From Escherichia phage ime09, in sequence record NC_019503.1: DNA of 64,000 bases; one strand, 5' to 3'. The notes below the pieces were generated by a model that saw only the letters and a program-made list of their open reading frames with translations, was not told the origin of the DNA and did no database searches. The translations under genes and the position numbers were made by a program. Below are positions 47,771-64,000 of the stretch, one piece after another. Numbering within the stretch: the first letter of the stretch is position 1; the number at the start of each line of letters is the position of its first letter.

Positions 47771-50700
47771 CAGTAAAAGCACCTTCAGTCACTAGTCTCA
47801 GAATTTCCAAGTTATCCGCAAATCAGGTGCAAGTACGCTGGGATGACGTTGGTGCTAATTTCTACTATTTTGTAGAAATCGCTGAGACAAAAACAAACTC
47901 GGGGGAAAATCTCCCGAGTAATCAATACAGATGGATTAACTTGGGATATACTGCAAATAACAGCTTCTTTTTTGATGATGCTGACCCATTGACATCATAC
48001 GTTATTAGAGTAGCTACAGCTGCACAAGATTTTGAGCAGTCTGATTGGATTTATACCGAAGAGTTTGAAACTTTTGGTACAAATGCTTATACATTTCAAA
48101 ACATGATTGAAATGCAATTAGCCAATAAATTCATTCAGGAAAAATTTACTCTTAATAATTCTGATTATGTTAATTTTAATAATGACACTATAATGGCTGC
48201 ATTGATGAATGAATCATTTCAATTCAGCCCATCGTATGTTGACGTTTCATCAATAAGCAATTTTATTATTGGTGAAAATGAGTATCATGAAATACAAGGT
48301 TCTATTCAGCAAGTATGTAAGGATATTAACCGAGTTTATTTGATGGAATCAGAAGGGATTCTATACCTTTTTGAGCGTTATCAACCTGTAGTTAAAGTAT
48401 CCAATGATAAAGGACAAACTTGGAAAGCTGTAAAGCTCTTCAATGACCGCGTAGGATATCCTTTATCTAAGACAGTATATTACCAATCTGCGAACACAAC
48501 ATACGTTCTAGGATACGACAAGATTTTCTATGGCCGCAAATCGACTGATGTTAGATGGTCAGCTGATGATGTCAGATTTAGTTCTCAGGATATAACATTC
48601 GCTAAACTTGGCGACCAATTACATTTAGGATTTGATGTAGAAATTTTTGCCACTTACGCAACTTTGCCAGCGAATGTATATCGCATTGCAGAAGCTATTA
48701 CTTGCACCGATGATTACATTTACGTTGTCGCCAGAGACAAAGTTAGATACATAAAAACGAGTAATGCACCTATAGATTCTGATCCATTATCTCCAACATA
48801 TTCGGAAAGGCTTTTTGAACCTGATACAATGACTATAACCGGAAATCCTAAAGCAGTATGCTATAAAATGGATTCTATCGGTGATAAAGTTTTTGCTCTT
48901 ATTATTGGTGAAGTTGAAACATTAAATGCTAATCCTAGAACATCAAAAATAATTGATTCTGCTGATAAAGGAATATATGTTTTAAATCATGACACAAAAA
49001 CGTGGAAAAGAGTTTTTGGCAATACTGAAGAAGAAAGAAGACGTATTCAACCAGGGTATGCGAATATGTCAACTGATGGTAAATTAGTTTCTCTATCATC
49101 GAGCAATTTTAAATTTTTAAGTGATAATGTTGTTAATGACCCTGAAACTGCAGCAAAATATCAGTTAATCGGTGCTGTTAAATATGAATTTCCTCGTGAA
49201 TGGTTAGCTGATAAGCATTATCATATGATGGCATTTATAGCAGATGAAAAGTCTGATTGGGAAACTTTTACTCCTCAGCCGATGAAATACTATGCAGAAC
49301 CATTCTTTAACTGGTCTAAAAAATCTAACACACGTTGTTGGATAAACAACTCTGATAGGGTTGTAGTAGTTTATGCTGATTTAAAATACACTAAAGTTAT
49401 AGAAAATATTCCTGAAACATCACCAGATAGATTAGTTCATGAATACTGGGATGATGGCGATTGCACTATAGTAATGCCAAATGTTAAATTCACTGGATTT
49501 AAAAAATATGCATCTGGGATGCTTTTCTATAAAGCTTCTGGTGAAATAATTTCTTACTATGATTTTAACTATCGTGTTAGAGACACTGTCGAAATTATTT
49601 GGAAGCCAACTGAAGTATTTTTAAAAGCATTTTTACAAAACCAAGAGCATGAAACTCCTTGGTCGCCTGAAGAAGAGCGTGGATTAGCTGACCCTGATTT
49701 AAGACCGTTGATTGGCACAATGATGCCTGATTCTTATTTGTTACAGGATTCGAATTTTGAGGCATTTTGCGAAGCATATATTCAATATCTTTCTGATGGA
49801 TATGGAACCCAGTATAACAATTTACGAAATTTAATTCGTAACAAATATCCACGAGAAGAGCATGCATGGGAATATTTGTGGTCAGAGATATATAAAAGAA
49901 ACATTTATTTAAATGCTGACAAACGTGATGCTGTTACAAGATTTTTCGAATCACGTAGCTATGATTTTTATTCTACTAAAGGAATTGAAGCATCATACAA
50001 ATTTCTTTTTAAAGTTCTTTATAATGAAGAGGTTGAAATTGAAATTGAATCTGGAGCTGGTACTGAATATGATATAATCGTTCAATCTGATTCTTTAACT
50101 GAAGATTTAGTAGGACAAACGATTTATACAGCTACAGGAAGATGTAATGTTACTTATATAGAAAGAAGTTATTCTAACGGTAAATTGCAATGGACCGTAA
50201 CTATTCATAATCTTTTGGGAAGATTAATTACCGGTCAAGAAGTTAAAGCAGAAAGACTCCCTAGTTTTGAAGGCGAAATTATTCGCGGGGTTAAAGGGAA
50301 GGATTTGCTTCAAAATAATATAGACTATATTAATAGAAGTCGATCATATTATGTAATGAAAATTAAATCCAATTTACCTTCTTCCCGCTGGAAATCTGAC
50401 GTTATTCGTTTTGTTCATCCAGTAGGATTTGGATTTATAGCAATTACCCTTTTAACAATGTTTATTAATGTTGGTTTAACTCTTAAACATACAGAGACTA
50501 TAATTAATAAATACAAAAACTACAAATGGGATTCTGGATTGCCTACTGAATATGCTGATAGAGTAGCTAAATTAACTCCAACCGGTGAAATTGAGCATGA
50601 TTCGGTAACAGGCGAAGCAATTTATGAGCCTGGCCCAATGGCTGGCGTAGAATATCCTCTTCCTGATGACTATAATGCTGAAAATAACAATTCAATATTT

Positions 50701-50865
50701 CAAGGTCAATTGCCGTCTGAACGACGCAAATTAATGAGTCCTTTATTTGATGCATCTGGAACAACATTTGCACAATTTAGGGATTTAGTTAATAAACGTC
50801 TAAAAGATAATATAGGAAATCCAAGAGACCCTGAAAATCCAACACAGGTTAAAATAGATGAATGA
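47767..50865 (+). CDS. 7: Baseplate wedge protein gp7
   Basis: 1032 aa, length and synteny. Confidence 0.95.
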   Translation: MTVKAPSVTSLRISKLSANQVQVRWDDVGANFYYFVEIAETKTNSGENLPSNQYRWINLGYTANNSFFFDDADPLTSYVIRVATAAQDFEQSDWIYTEEFETFGTNAYTFQNMIEMQLANKFIQEKFTLNNSDYVNFNNDTIMAALMNESFQFSPSYVDVSSISNFIIGENEYHEIQGSIQQVCKDINRVYLMESEGILYLFERYQPVVKVSNDKGQTWKAVKLFNDRVGYPLSKTVYYQSANTTYVLGYDKIFYGRKSTDVRWSADDVRFSSQDITFAKLGDQLHLGFDVEIFATYATLPANVYRIAEAITCTDDYIYVVARDKVRYIKTSNAPIDSDPLSPTYSERLFEPDTMTITGNPKAVCYKMDSIGDKVFALIIGEVETLNANPRTSKIIDSADKGIYVLNHDTKTWKRVFGNTEEERRRIQPGYANMSTDGKLVSLSSSNFKFLSDNVVNDPETAAKYQLIGAVKYEFPREWLADKHYHMMAFIADEKSDWETFTPQPMKYYAEPFFNWSKKSNTRCWINNSDRVVVVYADLKYTKVIENIPETSPDRLVHEYWDDGDCTIVMPNVKFTGFKKYASGMLFYKASGEIISYYDFNYRVRDTVEIIWKPTEVFLKAFLQNQEHETPWSPEEERGLADPDLRPLIGTMMPDSYLLQDSNFEAFCEAYIQYLSDGYGTQYNNLRNLIRNKYPREEHAWEYLWSEIYKRNIYLNADKRDAVTRFFESRSYDFYSTKGIEASYKFLFKVLYNEEVEIEIESGAGTEYDIIVQSDSLTEDLVGQTIYTATGRCNVTYIERSYSNGKLQWTVTIHNLLGRLITGQEVKAERLPSFEGEIIRGVKGKDLLQNNIDYINRSRSYYVMKIKSNLPSSRWKSDVIRFVHPVGFGFIAITLLTMFINVGLTLKHTETIINKYKNYKWDSGLPTEYADRVAKLTPTGEIEHDSVTGEAIYEPGPMAGVEYPLPDDYNAENNNSIFQGQLPSERRKLMSPLFDASGTTFAQFRDLVNKRLKDNIGNPRDPENPTQVKIDE

Positions 50866-51862
50866 TTCAAGTGTTATCTATCGTGCGATAGTTACTTCAA
50901 AATTTAGAACAGAAAAAATGTTGAATTTTTATAATTCAATTGGAAGTGGTCCGGATAAAAACACTATCTTTATCACATTTGGAAGATCAGAACCGTGGTC
51001 ATCAAATGAAAATGAGGTGGGCTTTGCTCCACCTTATCCTACTGATTCTGTATTAGGCGTAACTGACATGTGGACGCATATGATGGGAACCGTAAAGGTT
51101 CTTCCATCTATGCTTGATGCAGTTATTCCTCGTCGAGATTGGGGAGATACTAGATATCCGGATCCATACACATTTAGAATTAACGATATTGTAGTGTGTA
51201 ACTCAGCTCCTTACAATGCTACTGAATCAGGTGCAGGCTGGTTAGTATATCGTTGTTTAGATGTTCCTGACACAGGAATGTGTTCAATTGAGTCTTTAAC
51301 TAATAAGGATGAATGCCTTAAGTTAGGTGGAAAATGGACTCCTTCTGTTAGGTCAATGACTCCTCCTGAAGGTCGAGGAGACGCGGAAGGAACAATCGAA
51401 CCCGGCGACGGATATGTTTGGGAATATCTTTTTGAAATTCCGCCTGATGTATCTATAAATAGATGCACGAATGAATATATCGTGGTTCCTTGGCCTGAGG
51501 AATTAAAAGAAGACCCGGCTAGATGGGGATATGAAGATAATCTCACTTGGCAACAAGATGATTTTGGATTAATTTACCGTGTTAAGGCAAATACTATCCG
51601 TTTTAAAGCATATTTAGATTCAGTTTATTTTCCTGAAGCTGCATTGCCGGGAAATAAAGGATTTAGACAAATATCAATAATCACGAATCCTCTTGAAGCT
51701 AAAGCTCATCCAAATGACCCAAACGTTAAAGCTGAAAAGGATTATTATGATCCGGAAGATTTAATGAGGCATTCGGGCGAAATGATTTATATGGAAAATA
51801 GGCCACCTATTATTATGGCAATGGATCAAACAGAAGAAATCAATATTCTGTTTACATTTTAA
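50858..51862 (+). CDS. 8: Baseplate wedge protein gp8
   Basis: 334 aa, length and synteny. Confidence 0.95.
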   Translation: MNDSSVIYRAIVTSKFRTEKMLNFYNSIGSGPDKNTIFITFGRSEPWSSNENEVGFAPPYPTDSVLGVTDMWTHMMGTVKVLPSMLDAVIPRRDWGDTRYPDPYTFRINDIVVCNSAPYNATESGAGWLVYRCLDVPDTGMCSIESLTNKDECLKLGGKWTPSVRSMTPPEGRGDAEGTIEPGDGYVWEYLFEIPPDVSINRCTNEYIVVPWPEELKEDPARWGYEDNLTWQQDDFGLIYRVKANTIRFKAYLDSVYFPEAALPGNKGFRQISIITNPLEAKAHPNDPNVKAEKDYYDPEDLMRHSGEMIYMENRPPIIMAMDQTEEINILFTF

Positions 51863-51867
51863 CTTAA

Positions 51868-51890
51868 GGGAGCCCATGGGCTCCCTTTTT
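51868..51890 (+). terminator. Rho-independent terminator after gene 8
   Basis: GGGAGCCCATGGGCTCCC hairpin followed by TTTTTCTTT. Confidence 0.75.
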
Positions 51891-51893
51891 CTT

Positions 51894-51901
51894 TATAAAT
51901 A
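51894..51901 (+). promoter_or_regulatory. T4 late promoter TATAAATA for gene 9
   Basis: exact TATAAATA ~25 nt upstream of gene 9 ATG. Confidence 0.7.
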
Positions 51902-51925
51902 CTATAAACTCATAAGGAAACCGCT

Positions 51926-52792
51926 ATGTTCATTCAAGAACCAAAGAAATTGATTGATACCGGCGAAATTGGTAACGCTTCTACTGGTGATATCTTATTC
52001 GACGGTGGTAATAAAATTAATAGTGATTTTAACGCAATTTATAATGCGTTTGGCGATCAACGTAAAATGGCAGTAGCAAATGGCACTGGAGCAGATGGCC
52101 AAATTATCCATGCTACTGGATATTATCAAAAACACTCTATTGCAGAGTACGCAACTCCAGTAAAAGTTGGCACTAGGCATGATATTGATACCTCTACTGT
52201 AGGTGTTAAAGTTATCATTGAAAGAGGCGAACTTGGCGACTGCGTTGAATTTATTAACTCAAATGGATCTATATCAGTTACTAATCCTTTAACAATTCAA
52301 GCCATTGATTCAATTAAAGGTGTTTCGGGTAATTTAGTAGTAACTAGCCCATATAGTAAAGTAACTTTACGTTGTATTTCATCTGATAATTCTACATCGG
52401 TTTGGAATTATTCTATTGAAAGCATGTTTGGACAAAAGGAATCACCAGCTGAAGGTACATGGAATATTTCTACATCCGGATCAGTTGATATTCCACTATT
52501 TCATCGTACTGAATATAACATGGCTAAATTGCTAGTTACATGTCAATCAGTAGATGGAAGAAAAATTAAAACAGCAGAAATAAATATTCTTGTGGATACT
52601 GTTAATTCAGAGGTCATTTCTTCTGAATATGCTGTCATGCGGGTTGGGAATGAAACCGAAGAAGACGAAATCGCTAATATTGCATTTAGTATTAAAGAAA
52701 ATTATGTAACGGCGACTATAAGTTCTTCAACTGTCGGTATGAGAGCAGCAGTTAAAGTTATCGCTACGCAGAAAATCGGGGTGGCTCAATAA
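51926..52792 (+). CDS. 9: Baseplate wedge / long-tail-fibre socket protein gp9
   Basis: 288 aa, MFIQEPKKLIDTGEIGNASTGDILFDGG. Confidence 0.95.
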   Translation: MFIQEPKKLIDTGEIGNASTGDILFDGGNKINSDFNAIYNAFGDQRKMAVANGTGADGQIIHATGYYQKHSIAEYATPVKVGTRHDIDTSTVGVKVIIERGELGDCVEFINSNGSISVTNPLTIQAIDSIKGVSGNLVVTSPYSKVTLRCISSDNSTSVWNYSIESMFGQKESPAEGTWNISTSGSVDIPLFHRTEYNMAKLLVTCQSVDGRKIKTAEINILVDTVNSEVISSEYAVMRVGNETEEDEIANIAFSIKENYVTATISSSTVGMRAAVKVIATQKIGVAQ

Positions 52793-54600
52793 TGAAACAA
52801 AATATTAATATCGGTAATGTTGTTGATGATGGTACCGGTGACTACCTGCGTAAAGGTGGTATAAAAATAAATGAAAACTTTGATGAGCTTTATTACGAGC
52901 TTGGTGATGGAGATGTTCCATATTCAGCCGGTGCCTGGAAAACTTATGATGCTTCATCTGGTCAAACACTAAAAGCCGAATGGGGAAAATCATACGCTAT
53001 TAATACCTCTTCTGGAAGAGTAACTATAAATCTTCCAAAAGGAACTGTCAATGATTACAATAAGGTAATTAAAGCTAGAGACGTATTTGCTACATGGAAC
53101 GTCAACCCAGTTACACTAGTAGCTGCTTCCGGCGATACGATTAAAGGGTCTGCAGTACCAGTTGAAATTAATGTTCAATTCAGTGATTTGGAATTGGTGT
53201 ATTGCGCCCCAGGACGTTGGGAATATGTCAAAAATAAGCAAATTGACAAAATTACCAGTTCAGACATCAGTAATGTAGCTCGTAAAGAATTTTTAGTCGA
53301 AGTCCAAGGACAAACTGACTTTTTAGATGTTTTCCGTGGAACTAGTTATAACGTCAATAACATCAGAGTAAAACATCGTGGTAACGAATTGTATTACGGC
53401 GATGTATTTAGTGAAAACAGCGATTTTGGCTCTCCGGGCGAAAACGAAGGTGAATTAGTTCCTCTTGATGGATTTAATATTCGATTAAGACAGCCTTGTA
53501 ATATTGGTGATACTGTTCAAATTGAAACATTTATGGATGGCGTATCACAGTGGAGAAGTTCATATACAAGACGTCAAATTAGAGTGTTAGATTCAAAATT
53601 AACGTCAAAAACTTCTTTAGAAGGAAGCATTTACGTTACTGATTTATCAACAATGAAATCAATTCCGTTTTCAGCTTTTGGATTAATTCCAGGTGAACCT
53701 ATTAATCCTAATTCTCTTGAGGTCCGTTTTAATGGAATTTTACAAGAATTGGCTGGAACAGTTGGAATGCCATTATTTCATTGTGTTGGTGCCGATTCAG
53801 ATGATGAAGTAGAATGCTCTGTTTTAGGTGGAACTTGGGAACAGTCTCATACAGACTATTCAGTTGAAACTGATGAAAACGGCATACCAGAAACATTGCA
53901 CTTCGATAGAGTATTTGAACATGGCGACATTATCAATATCACCTGGTTTAATAATGATTTAGGTACATTATTAACAAAAGATGAGATTATTGATGAAACT
54001 GATAATCTCTATGTATCGCAAGGACCAGGAGTAGATATTTCCGGTGATGTAAATTTAACAGACTTCGATAAAATTGGTTGGCCAAATGTAGAAGCAGTTC
54101 AATCCTATCAACGTGAATTTAATGCTGTTTCAAATATCTTTGATACGATTTATCCTATTGGAACTATATATGAAAACGCTGTTAATCCAAATAACCCTGT
54201 TACATATATGGGATTCGGCTCATGGAAATTATTTGGGCAAGGAAAAGTTTTAGTTGGATGGAATGAAGATATTTCGGACCCTAACTTTGCTCTAAATAAC
54301 AACGATTTAGATTCGGGTGGAAATCCTTCACATACTGCAGGCGGAACAGGTGGTTCTACTTCTGTTACATTGGAAAATGCTAATCTTCCTGCAACTGAGA
54401 CAGATGAAGAAGTTCTAATAGTTGATGAAAATGGATCAGTCATTGTTGGTGGATGTCAATACGATCCAGATGAATCCGGTCCAGTTTACACGAAATACCG
54501 TGAAGCTAAAGCATCTACTAACTCTACTCACACTCCGCCAACATCAATAACTAACATTCAACCATATATTACAGTTTATCGTTGGATAAGGATTGCATAA
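52792..54600 (+). CDS. 10: Baseplate wedge protein gp10
   Basis: 602 aa, length and synteny. Confidence 0.95.
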   Translation: MKQNINIGNVVDDGTGDYLRKGGIKINENFDELYYELGDGDVPYSAGAWKTYDASSGQTLKAEWGKSYAINTSSGRVTINLPKGTVNDYNKVIKARDVFATWNVNPVTLVAASGDTIKGSAVPVEINVQFSDLELVYCAPGRWEYVKNKQIDKITSSDISNVARKEFLVEVQGQTDFLDVFRGTSYNVNNIRVKHRGNELYYGDVFSENSDFGSPGENEGELVPLDGFNIRLRQPCNIGDTVQIETFMDGVSQWRSSYTRRQIRVLDSKLTSKTSLEGSIYVTDLSTMKSIPFSAFGLIPGEPINPNSLEVRFNGILQELAGTVGMPLFHCVGADSDDEVECSVLGGTWEQSHTDYSVETDENGIPETLHFDRVFEHGDIINITWFNNDLGTLLTKDEIIDETDNLYVSQGPGVDISGDVNLTDFDKIGWPNVEAVQSYQREFNAVSNIFDTIYPIGTIYENAVNPNNPVTYMGFGSWKLFGQGKVLVGWNEDISDPNFALNNNDLDSGGNPSHTAGGTGGSTSVTLENANLPATETDEEVLIVDENGSVIVGGCQYDPDESGPVYTKYREAKASTNSTHTPPTSITNIQPYITVYRWIRIA

Positions 54601-55259
54601 TGAGTTTACTTAATAATAAAGCGGGAGTTATTTCCCGCTTAGCCGATTTTCTTGGTTTTAGACCTAAAACTGGCGACATCGATGTAATGAATCGTCAATC
54701 AGTTGGGTCAGTGACAATTTCTCAACTAGCGAAAGGATTTTATGAACCAAACGTAGAATCAGCTATTAATGATGTTCATAATTTTTCTATAAAAGACGTT
54801 GGTACAATTATTACTAATAAAACTGGTGTTTCTCCTGAGGGTGTTTCTCAAACTGATTATTGGGCGTTTTCGGGAACTGTAACAGATGATTCGCTTCCTC
54901 CTGGTTCTCCTGTTACTGTATTAGTATTTGGTCTTCCAGTTTCAGCAACAACCGGAATGACAGCTATCGAGTTTGTTGCCAAAGTTCGTGTTGCGCTACA
55001 AGAAGCTATTGCGTCATTTACTGCTATCAATTCATATAAAGACCATCCAACAGATGGTAGTAAATTAGAAGTTACTTATTTAGATAATCAAAAACATGTA
55101 TTAAGCACATATTCTACATATGGAATAACTATTTCCCAAGAAATTATTTCAGAATCTAAGCCTGGATATGGCACATGGAATTTGCTTGGTGCACAAACTG
55201 TAACTTTAGATAATCAGCAAACTCCAATAGTACTTTATCATTTTGAGAGAACAGCATGA
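54600..55259 (+). CDS. 11: Baseplate wedge / short-tail-fibre attachment protein gp11 (start at MSLLNNKAG)
   Basis: 219 aa from ATG overlapping gene 10 stop (TAATG); ORF track extends 6 codons upstream without a start. Confidence 0.95.
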   Translation: MSLLNNKAGVISRLADFLGFRPKTGDIDVMNRQSVGSVTISQLAKGFYEPNVESAINDVHNFSIKDVGTIITNKTGVSPEGVSQTDYWAFSGTVTDDSLPPGSPVTVLVFGLPVSATTGMTAIEFVAKVRVALQEAIASFTAINSYKDHPTDGSKLEVTYLDNQKHVLSTYSTYGITISQEIISESKPGYGTWNLLGAQTVTLDNQQTPIVLYHFERTA

Positions 55260-56839
55260 GTAATAATACATATCAACACGTTTCTAATGAATCTCGCTAT
55301 GTAAAATTTGATCCAACTGGTACAAATTTTCCGGCAGAGATTACTGATGTTCAGGCTGCTATAGCAGCCATTTCTCCTGCTGGTGTAAATGGAGTTCCTG
55401 ATGCATCATCAACAACAAAGGGAATTTTATTTCTTGCCACTGAACAGGAAGTTATCGACGGAACTGATAATACCAAAGCAGTTACACCAGCAACGTTGGC
55501 AACAAGATTATCTTATCCAAACGCAACTGAAACTGTTTATGGATTAACAAGATATTCAACCAATGATGAAGCAATTGCCGGAGTTAATAATGAATCTTCT
55601 ATAACTCCTGCTAAATTTACTGTTGCCCTTAATAATGCCTTTGAAACTCGTGTTTCAACTGAATCATCAAATGGAGTTATTAAAATTTCATCTCTACCGC
55701 AAGCATTAGCTGGCGCAGATGATACTACTGCGATGACTCCATTAAAAACACAGCAGTTAGCTATTAAACTAATTGCGCAAATCGCTCCTTCTGAAACCAC
55801 AGCTACCGAATCAGACCAAGGTGTTGTTCAATTAGCGACAGTAGCTCAAGTTCGTCAAGGAACCTTAAGAGAAGGCTATGCAATTTCTCCTTATACGCTA
55901 ATGAATTCTACTGCTACTGAAGAATATAAAGGCGTAATTAAATTAGGAACACAATCAGAAGTTAACTCGAATAATGCTTCTGTTGCGGTTACTGGCGCAA
56001 CTCTTAATGGTCGTGGTTCTACAACGTCAATGAGAGGCGTAGTTAAATTAACTACAACCGCCGGCTCACAGAGTGGAGGTGATGCTTCAACGGCATTAGC
56101 TTGGAATGCTGACGTTATCCACCAAAGAGGTGGTCAAACGATTAATGGAACACTTCGCATTAATAATACGCTCACAATAGCTTCAGGCGGAGCAAATATT
56201 ACCGGAACAGTTAACATGACTGGTGGTTATATTCAGGGTAAGCGTGTTGTAACGCAGAATGAAATAGATAGAACTATTCCTGTCGGAGCTATTATGATGT
56301 GGGCGGCTGATAGCCTTCCTAGTGATGCTTGGCGCTTCTGTCATGGCGGAACTGTTTCAGCATCAGATTGTCCATTATATGCTTCTAGAATTGGAACAAG
56401 ATACGGCGGAAGCTCATCAAATCCTGGATTACCTGATATGCGTGGTCTTTTTGTTCGTGGCTCTGGTCGTGGCTCTCACTTAACAAATCCAAATGTTAAT
56501 GGTAATGACCAATTTGGTAAGCCTAGATTAGGTGTAGGTTGTACTGGTGGATATGTTGGCGAAGTGCAAAAACAGCAGATGTCTTATCATAAACACGCTG
56601 GCGGATTCGGTGAGCATGATGATTCTGGAGCATTCGGTAATACCCGTAGATCAAATTTTGTTGGTACACGTAAAGGACTTGACTGGGATAACCGTTCATA
56701 TTTCACCAATGACGGATATGAAATTGACCCAGCATCACAACGAAATTCCAAATATACACTAAATCGTCCTGAATTAATTGGAAATGAAACACGTCCATGG
56801 AACATTTCTTTAAACTACATAATTAAGGTAAAAGAATGA
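55256..56839 (+). CDS. 12: Short tail fibre protein gp12
   Basis: 527 aa, length and synteny. Confidence 0.95.
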   Translation: MSNNTYQHVSNESRYVKFDPTGTNFPAEITDVQAAIAAISPAGVNGVPDASSTTKGILFLATEQEVIDGTDNTKAVTPATLATRLSYPNATETVYGLTRYSTNDEAIAGVNNESSITPAKFTVALNNAFETRVSTESSNGVIKISSLPQALAGADDTTAMTPLKTQQLAIKLIAQIAPSETTATESDQGVVQLATVAQVRQGTLREGYAISPYTLMNSTATEEYKGVIKLGTQSEVNSNNASVAVTGATLNGRGSTTSMRGVVKLTTTAGSQSGGDASTALAWNADVIHQRGGQTINGTLRINNTLTIASGGANITGTVNMTGGYIQGKRVVTQNEIDRTIPVGAIMMWAADSLPSDAWRFCHGGTVSASDCPLYASRIGTRYGGSSSNPGLPDMRGLFVRGSGRGSHLTNPNVNGNDQFGKPRLGVGCTGGYVGEVQKQQMSYHKHAGGFGEHDDSGAFGNTRRSNFVGTRKGLDWDNRSYFTNDGYEIDPASQRNSKYTLNRPELIGNETRPWNISLNYIIKVKE

Positions 56840-58299
56840 CAGATATTGTACTGAATGACTTACCATTCGTTGACGGCCCTCCTGCAGAGGGCCAGAGCCG
56901 CATTTCCTGGATTAAAAACGGCGAAGAAATATTAGGAGCTGACACGCAGTATGGAAGTGAAGGTTCAATGAATAGACCTACAGTTTCTGTACTAAGAAAT
57001 GTTGAAGTTCTTGATAAAAACATTGGAATACTTAAAACATCTTTAGAAACCGCAAATAGTGATATTAAAACAATTCAGGGCATCTTAGATGTATCTGGTG
57101 ATATTGAAGCTTTGGCCCAAATAAGTATCAATAAAAAGGATATTTCTGACCTTAAAACGCTAACCAGTGAACATACAGAAATATTAAATGGAACTAATAG
57201 TACAGTTGACAGCATTCTTGCTGATATTGGTCCATTTAACTCCGAGGCTAACTCTGTATACAGAACGATCAGAAATGATTTACTGTGGATAAAGCGTGAA
57301 CTTGGACAATACACAGGCCAAGATATTAATGGTCTTCCTGTTGTAGGAAATCCTAGCACAGGAATGAAGCATCGCATTATTAATAATACTGATGTCATCA
57401 CTTCACAGGGAATACGTTTAAGCGAATTAGAAACAAAATTTATTGAATCTGATGTAGGTTCTTTAACTATTGAAGTTGGTAATCTCCGTGAAGAGCTTGG
57501 ACCTAAACCACCGTCATTTTCACAAAACGTTTACAGCCGCTTAAATGAAATTGACACTAAACAGACAACAGTTGAGTCTGACATTAGCGCTATTAAGACC
57601 TCAATAGGATATCCAGGAAATAATTCGATTATTACGAGTGTTAATACAAACACTGATAATATTGCATCTATTAATTTAGAGCTAAATCAAAGTGGAGGTA
57701 TTAAACAGCGTTTAACCGTTATTGAAACTTCTATTGGTTCAGATGATATTCCTTCGAGTATTAAAGGCCAAATCAAAGATAATACAACTTCAATCGAAGC
57801 TCTAAATGGAATCGTTGGTGAAAACACTTCATCTGGTTTAAGAGCGAATGTTTCGTGGTTAAACCAAATTGTTGGAACTGATTCTAGCGGTGGACAACCT
57901 TCTCCTCCTGGGTCTCTTTTAAACCGAGTTTCTACAATTGAAACTTCTGTTTCAGGCTTGAATAACGATGTTCAAAACCTACAAGTAGAGATTGGTAATA
58001 ACAGCGCAGGAATTAAAGGGCAAGTTGTAGCGTTAAATACTTTAGTAAATGGAACTAATCCAAATGGTTCAACTGTCGAAGAACGTGGATTAACCAATTC
58101 AATAAAAGCTAACGAAACCAACATTGCATCAGTTACACAAGAAGTGAATACAGCCAAAGGTAGTATATCTTCTCTGCAAGGTGATGTTCAAGCTCTACAA
58201 GAAGCAGGTTATATTCCTGAAGCTCCAAAAGATGGTCAAGCTTACGTTCGTAAAGACGGCGAATGGGTATTACTTTCTACCTTTTTATCACCAGCATAA
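56836..58299 (+). CDS. wac: Fibritin (whisker antigen control)
   Basis: 487 aa, extended coiled-coil segments, C-terminal foldon-like [27 protein letters not shown]. Confidence 0.95.
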   Translation: MTDIVLNDLPFVDGPPAEGQSRISWIKNGEEILGADTQYGSEGSMNRPTVSVLRNVEVLDKNIGILKTSLETANSDIKTIQGILDVSGDIEALAQISINKKDISDLKTLTSEHTEILNGTNSTVDSILADIGPFNSEANSVYRTIRNDLLWIKRELGQYTGQDINGLPVVGNPSTGMKHRIINNTDVITSQGIRLSELETKFIESDVGSLTIEVGNLREELGPKPPSFSQNVYSRLNEIDTKQTTVESDISAIKTSIGYPGNNSIITSVNTNTDNIASINLELNQSGGIKQRLTVIETSIGSDDIPSSIKGQIKDNTTSIEALNGIVGENTSSGLRANVSWLNQIVGTDSSGGQPSPPGSLLNRVSTIETSVSGLNNDVQNLQVEIGNNSAGIKGQVVALNTLVNGTNPNGSTVEERGLTNSIKANETNIASVTQEVNTAKGSISSLQGDVQALQEAGYIPEAPKDGQAYVRKDGEWVLLSTFLSPA

Positions 58300-58302
58300 C
58301 AT

Positions 58303-58318
58303 GGGGCCGCAAGGCCCC
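58303..58318 (+). terminator. Terminator-like hairpin after wac
   Basis: GGGGCCgcaaGGCCCC stem-loop; weak T-run. Confidence 0.4.
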
Positions 58319-58331
58319 AAAGGATTTTTAA

Positions 58332-60033
<1,702 letters not shown>

Positions 60034-60074
60034 TAAATATTATAAACTAATTAAAGCCCAGATTAGGAGAAATC

Positions 60075-63215
<3,141 letters not shown>

Positions 63216-63243
63216 TATTAAAGCATATTAAAGAGGATTAAAA

Positions 63244-64000
63244 ATGACTTTATTATCTCCGGGCATTGAGCTCAAAGAAACTACGGTTCAAAGCACCGTG
63301 GTTAATAACTCTACTGGTACAGCAGCTTTGGCCGGTAAATTCCAGTGGGGTCCTGCTTTTCAAATTAAACAGGTTACAAACGAAGTAGATTTAGTTAATA
63401 CTTTTGGTCAACCTACAGCTGAAACTGCTGACTATTTTATGTCTGCAATGAATTTCTTACAATACGGAAATGATTTGCGAGTTGTGCGTGCTGTCGATAG
63501 AGATACCGCTAAAAACTCATCTCCGATTGCCGGTAATATTGAATACACTATTTCTACCCCAGGTAGTAACTACGCGGTTGGAGATAAAATCACGGTTAAG
63601 TATGTTTCAGAAGACATTGAAACAGAATGTAAAGTTACCGAAGTAGATGCTGATGGAAAAATTAAGAAAATTAATATTCCTACCGCAAAAATTATCGCTA
63701 AAGCGAAAGAAGTAGGCGAATATCCAGCACTAGGTTCTAACTGGACCGCGGAAATTTCTTCGTCTTCCTCTGGTTTAGCTGCAGTAATAACTCTTGGAAA
63801 AATTATTACTGATTCTGGTATTTTATTAGCTGAAATTGAAAATGCCGAAGCTGCCATGACAGCTGTTGACTTTCAAGCAAATCTCGAAAAATATGGAATT
63901 CCAGGAGTAGTAGCTCTTTATCCAGGCGAGTTGGGCGATAAAATTGAAATTGAAATCGTATCTAAAGCTGATTACGCAAAAGGTGCTTCTGCATTACTTC
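63244..64000 (+). CDS. 18: Tail sheath protein gp18, 5' part (runs off window end)
   Basis: ATG at 63244, MTLLSPGIELKETTVQSTVVNNSTGTAALAGKFQWGPAFQIKQV; open to the window edge. Confidence 0.95.
   Translation, partial: MTLLSPGIELKETTVQSTVVNNSTGTAALAGKFQWGPAFQIKQVTNEVDLVNTFGQPTAETADYFMSAMNFLQYGNDLRVVRAVDRDTAKNSSPIAGNIEYTISTPGSNYAVGDKITVKYVSEDIETECKVTEVDADGKIKKINIPTAKIIAKAKEVGEYPALGSNWTAEISSSSSGLAAVITLGKIITDSGILLAEIENAEAAMTAVDFQANLEKYGIPGVVALYPGELGDKIEIEIVSKADYAKGASALL

Overview
This window is a contiguous ~64 kb segment of a T-even (T4-like) Escherichia/Shigella myophage genome: AT-rich and almost gap-free coding. Positions 1-42607 are essentially all minus-strand early/middle genes: 46, 47, a-gt, 55, nrdH-nrdG-nrdD, 49, nrdC, a block of unknown-function genes, rI, tk, regB, a GrcA-like gene, denV, internal-protein-like genes, lysozyme e, nudE, a 10-tRNA cluster, 57B/57A, 1, 3, 2, 4. 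A divergent pair of late-promoter motifs at 42619-42641 starts the plus-strand late block: 53, 5, 5.1, 5.4, 6-12, wac, 13-15, terminase 16/17 and the start of sheath gene 18. It is a close relative of T4 but not T4 itself: nrdD is uninterrupted, no homing-endonuclease genes were seen, and the tRNA cluster carries extra Tyr and Asn genes. The best candidates for something undescribed are a two-gene unit of a membrane protein plus a Pol-beta-fold nucleotidyltransferase with an adjacent P-loop ATPase (18868-21425), several capsid-targeting-sequence internal-protein-like genes, a host/phage chimeric GrcA-like gene, a macro-domain protein, tandem paralog arrays, and a GC-rich ORF-free segment next to the tRNAs. 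All protein identifications rest on recalled motifs, lengths and T4 gene order; no database search was run.
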